DNA of 64,000 nt from Escherichia phage DK-13: sequence record MT611523.1; one strand, 5' to 3'. Below are positions 28,918 through 39,800 of the stretch, piece by piece. Positions within the stretch are counted from its first letter, which is position 1. Every line of letters begins with the position of its first letter. Position numbers and translations under genes: made by a program. A model generated the notes under the pieces. The model did not search any database and was not told where the DNA came from. It saw nothing but the letters and a program-made list of their open reading frames with translations.

Positions 28918-29217
28918 TTATGTACCCAAATCCTCGAGCGAAAAGGTGTCTTTGAAAAGTTTGTTAACGACCAGAGCGATAACATCGCCATGACATGCTT
29001 TCGGTTTACATGTACAGGCTAATCGCATTCCGCGAAGGGTTTCAAGGTGTTCTCTTTTGATTTCACCCGATTTAATCTTTGATATGAAATATTCTTTAAA
29101 GTTCTTTATGTTTTCTTCTCGGGTACCATCTTTATATGGATTTCCCCACATGGTACCCCGTTGAATATTCACATCAAAGTCGGATTGATATTTGTTAACA
29201 ACCCGACAGGCTTTCAT
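28918..29217 (-). CDS. hypothetical protein with CxC...CHGD cysteine motif
   Basis: 99-aa ORF; LACTCKPKACHGDVI. Confidence 0.5.
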   Translation of the reverse strand: MKACRVVNKYQSDFDVNIQRGTMWGNPYKDGTREENIKNFKEYFISKIKSGEIKREHLETLRGMRLACTCKPKACHGDVIALVVNKLFKDTFSLEDLGT

Positions 29218-29278
29218 AGTAGGAAGTTAAGCCCGACCATTATGGCCAGAAATAAAAGGCCAGCAATTTGAATTTTCA

Positions 29279-29475
29279 TTAGACCTCAACAATAAACCAG
29301 ATAGACCGATTGAAATCATCATATTCATACGATTTAATCACACGCATAACATAAAGTTCTTTGTTCTGGACAAAAATCGTTGTTTTCTCTTTAGGCAGTT
29401 CATCGAGACTTATATTCATTTTTTCAAACAGCACCTCATTGGTGCCGTATCTATTGTTTACTATACGAATATTCA

Positions 29476-29476
<1 letters not shown>
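29279..29476 (-). CDS. hypothetical protein
   Basis: 65-aa ORF. Confidence 0.45.
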
Positions 29477-31252
<1,776 letters not shown>

Positions 31253-31262
31253 TATATTTTCC

Positions 31263-31502
31263 TCACGCTTTCTTAGCGACTTTCCAGTCAGCTTTAAATT
31301 GGTCAACGTCAGAGTGATGAATCCAGAAACCAGATGAGCTACCATCTTCATAAAGAGGACAACCATCACACTCATCTTTCCAACCCATTGCACACAAAGT
31401 TTCTTCAGCTTTTTCCAGAGCTTCTGGATTGTTACCCTGGATTGTGAAATACCATTTGCCTTTAACTTCTGAATCTTTGATGCTCTCACGTTGTAATTTC
31501 AT
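31263..31502 (-). CDS. hypothetical protein
   Basis: Tracker start is TTG inside the promoter; ATG start after CTGGAGAATAAA gives 79 aa (MKLQRESIKD...). Confidence 0.5.
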   Translation of the reverse strand: MKLQRESIKDSEVKGKWYFTIQGNNPEALEKAEETLCAMGWKDECDGCPLYEDGSSSGFWIHHSDVDQFKADWKVAKKA

Positions 31503-31541
31503 TTTATTCTCCAGTTTTGTTGTGTAACTCAATATGGGACC

Positions 31542-31570
31542 ATTATGTCATAGCCCCATTTGGTTGTACA
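31542..31570 (-). promoter_or_regulatory. early promoter (TGTACA, 17 nt, CATAAT)
   Basis: - strand AAAAAGTAGTGTACAACCAAATGGGGCTATGACATAATGGTCCCATATTGAG. Confidence 0.45.
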
Positions 31571-31577
31571 CTACTTT

Positions 31578-31832
31578 TTAAATTTTATCAAGCCATTTTC
31601 CAAGTTTAGTCATTTCCTTGGTGGCTTTTTCCATACTTCTGAATTTAATTAATAAAGGATAGGTATCTACACCCATCACCAGATTGGTTGCAAGACTATG
31701 TTCACCAACAAGCCATAATGAGTATGTTTGAACATCCAGACCATAATTTCTGTCTTTATGTAAACGTACACCCATCACTTCAAATTGTTCACTGGCTTTT
31801 TCCACTGCATTCAGGAAATCATCTTTAGTCAT
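31578..31832 (-). CDS. hypothetical protein
   Basis: 84 aa from first ATG (tracker start is TTG). Confidence 0.45.
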   Translation of the reverse strand: MTKDDFLNAVEKASEQFEVMGVRLHKDRNYGLDVQTYSLWLVGEHSLATNLVMGVDTYPLLIKFRSMEKATKEMTKLGKWLDKI

Positions 31833-31833
31833 A

Positions 31834-32202
31834 TTAGACCCCAAAAGTTGCTTTAATCAGTGCAATGACTTCTGCGGCATTTTTGTGATTGACTTGCACA
31901 TGAATGGTTTGGGTATCAACATCAGGAGCATCGCCATCAACTTCCAGGAAGTGACAGAATTCCCATTCAGCGAGTTCAAAGTACTCATCAACATCACCCA
32001 TACTATTCAGGATGGTACCATCTTTCATTTCAACTTTTTCAACAAAATAATCACCTTCAATATAACACATATCCAGGACTTTGAAGGAACTACCATGTTG
32101 TTCCATCAACTTGACCATGCACGAATTATCATCAGGACTACCAGCGATGAATTGTTTTTTAGCAGCAGGGTCTAATACGTAAAATTTACCAGTTTCCATC
32201 AT
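31834..32202 (-). CDS. hypothetical protein, paralog family member
   Basis: Start moved to ATG after GAGGAAATTAAA; 122 aa; similar to 32550..32912 over full length and to 17979..18521 at N-terminus. Confidence 0.5.
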   Translation of the reverse strand: MMETGKFYVLDPAAKKQFIAGSPDDNSCMVKLMEQHGSSFKVLDMCYIEGDYFVEKVEMKDGTILNSMGDVDEYFELAEWEFCHFLEVDGDAPDVDTQTIHVQVNHKNAAEVIALIKATFGV

Positions 32203-32225
32203 TTTAATTTCCTCATTTTTGTTGA

Positions 32226-32260
32226 GGGAACATATTATCATGTTCCCGTTGGTTTGTATA
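32226..32260 (-). promoter_or_regulatory. early promoter with perfect palindrome GGGAACAT/ATGTTCCC around -10
   Basis: - strand TATACAAACCAACGGGAACATGATAATATGTTCCC. Confidence 0.45.
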
Positions 32261-32488
32261 CTAAGCTTGAATCAAGCCCATATAAAATTCAGCGTCTTCC
32301 GGGTGCATCCCTTCGCAATATTCATTTTGCATAAAGCGGGTAAGGTCTTCAAGAGGACCTTGAACTTCAATTTGAATACTAAAGAATTGGGTATCTTTAA
32401 TGTAAGTCATACACAAAGAAGGATACCGATTACGAATAACTTCGTAAGTGTATTCAAAATCAACGATATCAATATTAACCTTAGCCAT
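32261..32488 (-). CDS. hypothetical protein
   Basis: 75-aa ORF, SD GAGGAAAATAAA. Confidence 0.5.
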   Translation of the reverse strand: MAKVNIDIVDFEYTYEVIRNRYPSLCMTYIKDTQFFSIQIEVQGPLEDLTRFMQNEYCEGMHPEDAEFYMGLIQA

Positions 32489-32517
32489 TTTATTTTCCTC
32501 ATGTAGTTGATAGGTCT

Positions 32518-32547
32518 ATAGTATCTCAACCATAGACCGTTGTAAAC
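32518..32547 (-). promoter_or_regulatory. early promoter (GTTTACA, 17 nt, TACTAT) with inverted repeat GGTCTAT/ATAGACC
   Basis: - strand AGTTTACAACGGTCTATGGTTGAGATACTATAGACC. Confidence 0.45.
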
Positions 32548-32549
32548 TG

Positions 32550-32912
32550 CTATTTGAAAGCTTTTTGTAGAAGTTCAATGATTTGGTCGACGTTATTAGC
32601 ATCTACAACACAATTAATAGAAACCGCCCCCGAAGGTGTTTTTGTATAATTGGAGTATTCACGGAAGCAATAAAACTCTTCTTCACTAAGTTCAAAATAA
32701 TCATCACCCATGCCATCATCATTATAGATTGCACCATTAGCACAAATGATTTCGGTTACATAATCATAGCCGTCTAAACTTGATATTGATTTAACTTCAA
32801 ACCAACCGCCATTTTCTTGGATGATGTCGACCATACTAGCATTCGATGAACTAATATCAATGAAAGATTTAATACGATGTGGATTGAACTCATATTTTTT
32901 GCCGATTTCCAT
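32550..32912 (-). CDS. hypothetical protein, paralog family member
   Basis: 120 aa; shares DxYFEL.E.EF motif and overall pattern with 31834..32202. Confidence 0.5.
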   Translation of the reverse strand: MEIGKKYEFNPHRIKSFIDISSSNASMVDIIQENGGWFEVKSISSLDGYDYVTEIICANGAIYNDDGMGDDYFELSEEEFYCFREYSNYTKTPSGAVSINCVVDANNVDQIIELLQKAFK

Positions 32913-32950
32913 TTTTATTTCCTCAGTTGTTATCAGTAGTTGATGGAATC

Positions 32951-32979
32951 ATTATGCCTTAGCTCAAGGGGATTGTACA
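32951..32979 (-). promoter_or_regulatory. early promoter (TGTACA, 17 nt, CATAAT) fused to gene 32 terminator
   Basis: - strand ...TTTTTATTTTAAAAAAGTAGTGTACAATCCCCTTGAGCTAAGGCATAATGATTCCATC. Confidence 0.5.
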
Positions 32980-32984
32980 CTACT

Positions 32985-33016
32985 TTTTTAAAATAAAAAA
33001 GGGACCCGAAGGTCCC
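32985..33016 (-). terminator. rho-independent terminator after gene 32
   Basis: - strand GGGGACCTTCGGGTCCC then TTTTTATTTT. Confidence 0.7.
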
Positions 33017-33022
33017 CTTATA

Positions 33023-33934
33023 TTAAAGGCCAGCCAGAAGGTCGTCAAGACCATCATCAGAAGGCTCTGGAGTGCTTGGAGCAGTCGCAGTGCGTTCAGA
33101 CTTAGCAGGTTTGCTGGAAGTGAAGTCTTCCATATCTTTATCAAAATCGTCCAGGTCAGCACCCAGTTTATCGGCTTGTGCAGCGGCTTTAGAAGCAGCA
33201 CCACCGAGAGCAGCCGTACCCATTACTTTAGAGAATTTCTTCTGATTCTCTTCAAGGGATTTAAACACCAGCAATTCATTCAGGTCAGACATTTCGTCCC
33301 AAAGTTTTTTCTGGAATGCTTCATCATTGATACCAGCGATTTCAGACTGGTTCATGAATTTGGAATCATCGTAGTTTTTATAACCGGAAACCATTTTAGA
33401 TTTCAGTACGAAGTTCGCACCTTCAAACGGACAAGTTACATCGATAGCAGTTTCACCCATGTCAACATCGACTTCAACCATCTGGTTGATTTTGTCCATG
33501 ATTTTCTTACCAAAGCGATATTTGAATACTTGGCCTTCGTTAGACGGAACTGCAGGGTCTTTAATGACCAGGATGTTAGCCCAGTAAGAAGTATTACGCT
33601 TCAGTTTACGATATTCGGATTCGTTTGTATTGTACAGGTCATTCTTATTCATGTACGCACACACAGGGCAGTTTTCATAATCGCCGTGAGTAGAAGTACA
33701 GTTTTCAATATACCATTGACCAGCATTTTTAAAGCCGTGGTTAACGAGCTTGATGAATGGAGATGGATTTTCTTCATTCTTAGAAGGCAGGAAACGAATA
33801 ACCGCAGAGCCGACACCATCAGTATCTTTCAGTTTCCATTCTTTTTTATCGTCAGAAGAGAAACCAGCACCACCTTTCAGTGCATTAAGGGAAGCAGCCA
33901 GGTCAGCAGGGTTTTTACGTTTAAACATAGACAT
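33023..33934 (-). CDS. 32: single-stranded DNA-binding protein gp32
   Basis: 303 aa; [58 protein letters not shown], acidic C-terminal tail ending DDLDDLL. Confidence 0.95.
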   Translation of the reverse strand: MSMFKRKNPADLAASLNALKGGAGFSSDDKKEWKLKDTDGVGSAVIRFLPSKNEENPSPFIKLVNHGFKNAGQWYIENCTSTHGDYENCPVCAYMNKNDLYNTNESEYRKLKRNTSYWANILVIKDPAVPSNEGQVFKYRFGKKIMDKINQMVEVDVDMGETAIDVTCPFEGANFVLKSKMVSGYKNYDDSKFMNQSEIAGINDEAFQKKLWDEMSDLNELLVFKSLEENQKKFSKVMGTAALGGAASKAAAQADKLGADLDDFDKDMEDFTSSKPAKSERTATAPSTPEPSDDGLDDLLAGL

Positions 33935-33983
33935 ATGATTTTCCTTAGATTATTTGATTTTTAGCAGTTGTTTTGATTACGTA

Positions 33984-34622
33984 TTAATTATACTTCAAAG
34001 TGATTGAAGCGATAAACTTTTGAAATTCAGAATCAAGATGGGGATTCCATCCTAATTTGAATTTATTTATAATGGAAATACCGGTCGTGTGTGTACACGG
34101 TAAACCAGTTTCTCTTGCCATAATAACTGGACCAAGTCTGGAAGTTCTATGCGGTCCTATATACCAGTCATAATATATTCCAGCATTTAACCAAACTAAA
34201 TGAGCACCTTTAGCTATTGTATTAGGATGTTCCCAAGGCAATAAACCTTTAAGGTGAGAATTTAATTTCATATTTATTTTATGTGATTCTGATTTTGGTT
34301 TACCTTTTAATGAAGACTTAAAGGTTCCACGAGCACTCGCCTTATTGAAAAACAATGGCGATTTAACCACATTATAGTGTTGATGGTAAAACTCTTCTTC
34401 TGACAACACATCGTCACACACATGCAGAATTTTAACGGTTGGTTTTTCAGACAATGCCTCAATAAAACGAGATTGTTTGCATGAAGACCAGTATTCTTTA
34501 TTATGTGAATCAATTATAACACCATTTTCAAAAGCACAATTATGCTTTGACCCAATGTAAAAATAAGGAGGCGTTTTATTTTTCAGACGAGTTTCAAATG
34601 TAAACCAATATACAACATTCAA
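33984..34622 (-). CDS. homing-endonuclease-like ORF (GIY-YIG/NUMOD-like, SegG position between 32 and 59); no ATG start, possibly degenerate
   Basis: Tracker start codon is TTG; first in-frame ATG only at codon about 118; N-terminus VVYW...YFYIGSK resembles a GIY..YIG motif pair; GKPKSESHKINMKLNSHLKG resembles NUMOD3. Confidence 0.4.
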   Translation of the reverse strand: MNVVYWFTFETRLKNKTPPYFYIGSKHNCAFENGVIIDSHNKEYWSSCKQSRFIEALSEKPTVKILHVCDDVLSEEEFYHQHYNVVKSPLFFNKASARGTFKSSLKGKPKSESHKINMKLNSHLKGLLPWEHPNTIAKGAHLVWLNAGIYYDWYIGPHRTSRLGPVIMARETGLPCTHTTGISIINKFKLGWNPHLDSEFQKFIASITLKYN

Positions 34623-35272
34623 AACTTACACCCTTTAACAGTCTCGATGAACAATTTACGGGCTTCAAGAGAATCGATATTTAAGATTTTCTTATAAGCA
34701 TTTAGTTTAGTTGAATACTTTTCCCAAACCAAGTCGTTAGTCTGTTCATCATGTTGGTCTATTATACCTAAAAATGAATCAAGCAAACAAAACGTTTCAA
34801 ATGAAATAACATTCGATTGGAGAAGTTTGAAAATATAACTTGTATTCACTTTAGTATTATACTCGAAAATCTCTTGGAGCGATTTGACTTCGACTTTCTT
34901 ACTGAAGTAATAGATGTTCTTTATATCATCTTCGTATACTTGTCTAATTCTTTTAAGTCGGCCAATGTATTCTCTATAAAATATCAGAGCATCGGCATCA
35001 CTTATATCGCCTATCCATGCATCCTGGTTCGCAACCAGGTTTGACATGAATATTAACGTTAATTCTTTAAGAGTGTACTTATCGCTAAGCTTTTCGAAAA
35101 AATACTTATCGCGACGTTTTTGATAAGCACTATCGGAGATTCGCATGGTCCAGTTATATTTGATAATATCATAACGACCCGAAAAATGCTGTTTGATGGA
35201 TAAGTACAGTTGGTATACTGATTTACCATTTATATATCGGTTGTTATTTGGAGGCATGCGAATCGTAATCAT
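34619..35272 (-). CDS. 59: helicase loader gp59
   Basis: 217 aa (same as T4 gp59), position between 33 and 32; ATGA overlap with gene 33. Confidence 0.8.
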   Translation of the reverse strand: MITIRMPPNNNRYINGKSVYQLYLSIKQHFSGRYDIIKYNWTMRISDSAYQKRRDKYFFEKLSDKYTLKELTLIFMSNLVANQDAWIGDISDADALIFYREYIGRLKRIRQVYEDDIKNIYYFSKKVEVKSLQEIFEYNTKVNTSYIFKLLQSNVISFETFCLLDSFLGIIDQHDEQTNDLVWEKYSTKLNAYKKILNIDSLEARKLFIETVKGCKF

Positions 35273-35562
35273 AACAAAAAGTCCAGCGTATTAGTTTTCT
35301 GTGTACGAGACATACTTGGGCGAAGCAGGTTATCATCATATGCTTCATTCATAATCTTATCAATGATTCCCGCAGGAATGTATCGTGCAAAATTACCTTC
35401 AGGAATTCCACGTTCTTCCAACCAGGCGGTCGCAGCTTCCAGATAAGACATTTCAGTTGACTCAACCATGGCTTCAATATCAAGCCCATTTTGCTGCTTA
35501 CTAATCGCCCCGGAAGGCGATTCAGTTTTCTGTGTATCGAAATTAACTAAAGAGGACATCAT
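35269..35562 (-). CDS. 33: late transcription co-activator gp33
   Basis: Start moved to ATGATG after GTGGAG SD, overlapping dsbA 3' end; C-terminal ...LLRPS...KTNTLDFLL resembles T4 gp33. Confidence 0.7.
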   Translation of the reverse strand: MMSSLVNFDTQKTESPSGAISKQQNGLDIEAMVESTEMSYLEAATAWLEERGIPEGNFARYIPAGIIDKIMNEAYDDNLLRPSMSRTQKTNTLDFLL

Positions 35563-35812
35563 AGAGCTCCACAGCTTCGGTTTTTTCATCTTCAAAACGT
35601 TCACGAGTGCCTTTATGATACAGGCCGAGCTGTGTATTGAACATCTTACCGTCAACGCCTAATTCAGTTTTTGCCTTATCTTTAAGGTCTTTAATTTCGT
35701 CTGCATATGCTTCCATTTTTAATTTGGTATCGGAAGCAGCTTTAATCAGCTTGGCTAGTTCAGCACCATGAGTATCAGGACAAAATTCAACTTTCACTTT
35801 TTTCTCTTTCAT
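35543..35812 (-). CDS. dsbA: double-stranded DNA-binding protein DsbA
   Basis: 89 aa (same as T4 DsbA), position between rnh and 33. Confidence 0.75.
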   Translation of the reverse strand: MKEKKVKVEFCPDTHGAELAKLIKAASDTKLKMEAYADEIKDLKDKAKTELGVDGKMFNTQLGLYHKGTRERFEDEKTEAVELYDVLFS

Positions 35813-35820
35813 AATATACC

Positions 35821-36765
35821 TTAATAAAATTCAGCAATATTTGCAGTTAGTTTAGACAGACCAGACTTAACAAAGTAAGGATAAACTTTACTTTTGGCTG
35901 GGATAACGTAGTTATTATATCGTTCTAATATTGAAGCGGATATTTCCGTTGGGATAAAGTCCATATCAATCAACAATTGGTTTTCACAGAATCTATTATA
36001 TTGCTCTTCTGTTAAAAGCGTTTTCAAAACGTCATGGTCGTAATAGTTGAGTGCAATTTGTTCAAGCTCAGCTGCACGGGTTGGCGGAGTACGTTCACCT
36101 TCTTCATGAGTGTAATAAAAATCACCACGAACCTTGATGCTCGACACGTTATCTTTTTTGTCGCCTTTAACAACCTTTGTCACGCAATCCATAAGGGCAT
36201 CGCCTGATTTAGTTTTGACATATTTTTTCTGCATCGGGGACCATTGTTTCACCCCAGGGAATTTATGCAACTGGGTAAAGTCACCATCCGAAGAAACAAC
36301 CATAACCGGATGTCCGAGACTGGTGAGCAACTTCGTTAATACTGCAATATGGTCGTCTGCCTCGACTTTATCAATATTCATCACGATGTAAGGCATGTAT
36401 TTTTCCATTTCATCGATGATGATGTGCATGGCAGCATGTAGACCTTCCCAATCGAATTGAGACTCTTCACGAGCCTTTGCACGGTTTTTCTTATAATAAT
36501 AAGATTTAGTCCGGCGCCAATAGCCATTCTTCGAGTTATCAACACAAATAATTGGAATTGTATAACCAAGCTTTTTGAACTGTACGATATTTTTTCGGAT
36601 AGAGTTCAGAACCAAGTGTCTGGTCATTGCAGTTGTTACTTTCGGAAAGCCTGCGTCTTTGCCGAATTCCTGAAAGGCTGCAGCCATGATAAGCTGACTA
36701 AAATCGAGTAACTGAAAACCTTCTTTTTGACGGTCTTCTTCAGGGAGTAAAAAATCTAAATTCAT
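35821..36765 (-). CDS. rnh: RNase H (5'-3' exonuclease, FEN-like)
   Basis: 314 aa; LGY....C.DN...GYWRR....YYKKNR.KAREES.WDWEG and SSDGDFTQLHK..VKQWSPM.KK match remembered T4 RNase H. Confidence 0.9.
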   Translation of the reverse strand: MNLDFLLPEEDRQKEGFQLLDFSQLIMAAAFQEFGKDAGFPKVTTAMTRHLVLNSIRKNIVQFKKLGYTIPIICVDNSKNGYWRRTKSYYYKKNRAKAREESQFDWEGLHAAMHIIIDEMEKYMPYIVMNIDKVEADDHIAVLTKLLTSLGHPVMVVSSDGDFTQLHKFPGVKQWSPMQKKYVKTKSGDALMDCVTKVVKGDKKDNVSSIKVRGDFYYTHEEGERTPPTRAAELEQIALNYYDHDVLKTLLTEEQYNRFCENQLLIDMDFIPTEISASILERYNNYVIPAKSKVYPYFVKSGLSKLTANIAEFY

Positions 36766-36822
36766 ATGAACCTCTGTTCAATTAGTTGACTCGATTATAT
36801 TAGCATAAAAATTTTAAAGCAA

Positions 36823-36830
36823 TATAAATA
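36823..36830 (+). promoter_or_regulatory. late promoter (TATAAATA) for gene 34
   Basis: TATAAATA about 30 nt upstream of gene 34 ATG. Confidence 0.6.
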
Positions 36831-36861
36831 CACATATACCAAATCAATAAGGATAAAGCAC

Positions 36862-39800
36862 ATGGCCGATATTTTAAAACCAGCATTCAGAGCAACATCC
36901 GGTCTCGATGCTGCTGGTGAGAAAGTCATTAATGTCGCAAAAGCTGATTACTCAGTTTTATCAGACGGCGTTAACGTAGGTTTCTTTATAGAAGAAAACA
37001 CAATTCAACAATATGATGCGACGCGCGGATACAAAAAGAACTTTGCGGTTATTAATGATAACCGTATTTGGGTTGCTCAACGTGATATTCCGGCACCAGC
37101 TGGAGCATTTACCCCTCAGTATTGGTTAGCAACTCGTACTGACCCTAAATGGGAAACTGTTGCATCTCCAACTCGTCAGCTTAGCTCCGGGGAATTTATC
37201 GCAGTCGACTCAGCTGCAAGCTTTACCACATTTACATTGCCTCCGAACCCGACTGATGGTGATACCATCGTTATTAAAGATATCGGCGGTAATACCGGTT
37301 ATAATGAAATTAAAGTTCAATCGAGCAATGTGCCTGGTCAAGGTAACCAAAAGATTGTTCGCTTTGGTAATCAGTATTCAGAAGTTTTAATTACCAAACC
37401 ATTCTCTTATAACATGCTTATCTTTTCAAACCGCTTATGGCAATTTTGGGAAGCAGGTAACGAAGAACGTGGTATCAGAGTAGAACCGTCGACCGGACGT
37501 TTCCATGCACAAGCTGGCGACTTTATTATGCGTCGTTATACAACTGGTGCACCGATTACTTTCATTCTTCCTAAGTATGCAAACCAGGGTGATATTGTCA
37601 AATCTGTTGATATCGATGGTATGGGACCAACGTTCCACCTGATGGTTGAAACCTTTGACACTAGTTCCAGTCTTGATAAAGCTGGTCAGCATCAAATGGA
37701 ATTCCGCACCACAGGTGATGGTTTCTTCGTTTATGATGCTGCCGAAAAACTCTGGCATGTTTGGGACGGTGATTTTAAAACTCGTCTTCGCGTTATTCGC
37801 GACAGCGTTAAACTTTTACCAAACGAAAGTGTCATTGTATTTGGCGAAGATAACTCAACTCCGGCAACGATTAATATCGATTTGCCAACTAATGTTTTGC
37901 AAGGCGATATTGTTAAGATTGCGCTGAACTATCTCCGTAAATCGCAGACTGTTAATATAAGAGCTGCTGTTGGCGATAAGATTGCAACTGACATTAAATT
38001 GCTGCAATTCCCTAAACGTTCCGAGTATCCACCAGATACAACTTGGGTGATGGTTGATTCATTGACCTTTAATGGCAACATCAGTTATACTCCGGTTATT
38101 GAATTATCATATGCAGAAGATGCAGTGTCTGGAACAAGTTATTGGGTTGTCGCTCAGAACGTCCCGACTGTCGAACGAGTTGACTCATTAAATGATTCCA
38201 CGCGTACACGTCTTGGTGTTATTGCTCTGGCAAACCAGACTCAGGCAAACGTTGACCATGAAAATAACCCAGAAAAAGAACTCGCAATTACCCCTCAGAC
38301 TTTAGCCAACCGTGTTGCTAAAGAGAACCAACGAGGCATTGCCAGAATCGCAACGACTGCCCAAGTAAATCAGAACAGTGATTTTGCATTTGTTGATGAT
38401 GTAATTATTTCTCCGAAAAAACTCAATGAACGTACGGCAACAGAAACGAGACGCGGGCTCGCAGAACTCGCCACACAGCAAGAAACCAATGCGGGTGTAG
38501 ATGATACCACAATTATAACTCCAAAGAAACTGCAAGCTCGCCAGGGCTCAGAATCGCTATCCGGTATTGTAACTTACGTTTCAACAACCGGTGCAACTCC
38601 TGCTGCTTCGCGTGAATTAAATGGTACAAACGTTTATAATAAAAATACGGTTAATCTGGTTGTTTCTCCGAAAGCTCTTGACCAGTACAAAGCTACTTAC
38701 ACCCAACAAGGTGCGGTTATTCTTGCGGTTGAAAGTGAAGTAATTGCTGGTACTTCTCAATCTGGCTGGGCAAACGCAGTCGTTACTCCAGAAATGTTGC
38801 AGCGCAAAACTGCTCTTGATTCCCGTATCGGTTTAATCGAGATTGCAACTCAAGTAGAAACAGATGCAGGAACCGATTATACCAGAGCTGTGACTCCTAA
38901 AACGTTAAATGACCGTAAAGCATCAGAAACGTTAACCGGCATAGCCGAGATTGCTACGCAATCAGAATTTGATACTGGAACTGATGATACTCGTATCTCA
39001 ACTCCATTAAAAATTAAAACTAGATTTAATAATACTGCTCGCACTTCTGTTAATGCATTAAGTGGTTTAGTAGAAACAGGGACGCTCTGGGACCATTATA
39101 GCCTGAATATTCTTGAAGCAAATGAGACTCAACGCGGTACGGCAAGATTAGCAACTCAGGGTGAAGTCAATACCGGCACTGACGATAAAACAATCGTTAC
39201 TCCGCTTAAATTGATGTCGAAAAAAGCCACTGAAAATGCCGAAGGTATTGTTCGCATCGCGACAAACGCAGAAGCAACAGCAGGCACATCAAAAGTCTTG
39301 GCCATCAGTCCGTCGGCGCTGAAATATATTGCACAAACGGAAACAACCTGGGAATCATCTGAAACACTGCGTGGATTTGTTCGTTTATCTTCTGGTACAG
39401 CTACTTCGGCCGCAACTACAACGACTGGTGCAGGATTTACATATGCAAATGGTGTGTATACTCCGGACCCAAGTAAACTGGTTAGCTATTCAAAATCTGG
39501 TTATGCAGTTTCACCTTACGAATTAAACCGCGTATTGCAAAACTTCTTACCGATAAATGCGATGGCTGTTAATGCTGAAAAACTGGATAACCTTGATTCG
39601 ACCCAGTTTATTCGTCGTGATATTGCTCAGACTGTTGAAGGTGTGTTAACTCTTACTAAACAGACAAATATATCTGCTCCGGTTGTATCGACGAGCACTG
39701 CAGTGTTTACTGATGTAACGGCTGGCACTTCGACGTTCGGAACTGTGAATGTTGTTAACGGAACTAACAAGTGGAAAATCACCGCTCCTTCCGCCGGAAC

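Noticed and set aside
33176-33964. 262-aa + strand ORF
   Set aside because: Antisense to gene 32, whose - strand identity is secure; hydrophobic, low-complexity translation typical of an AT-rich antisense frame.
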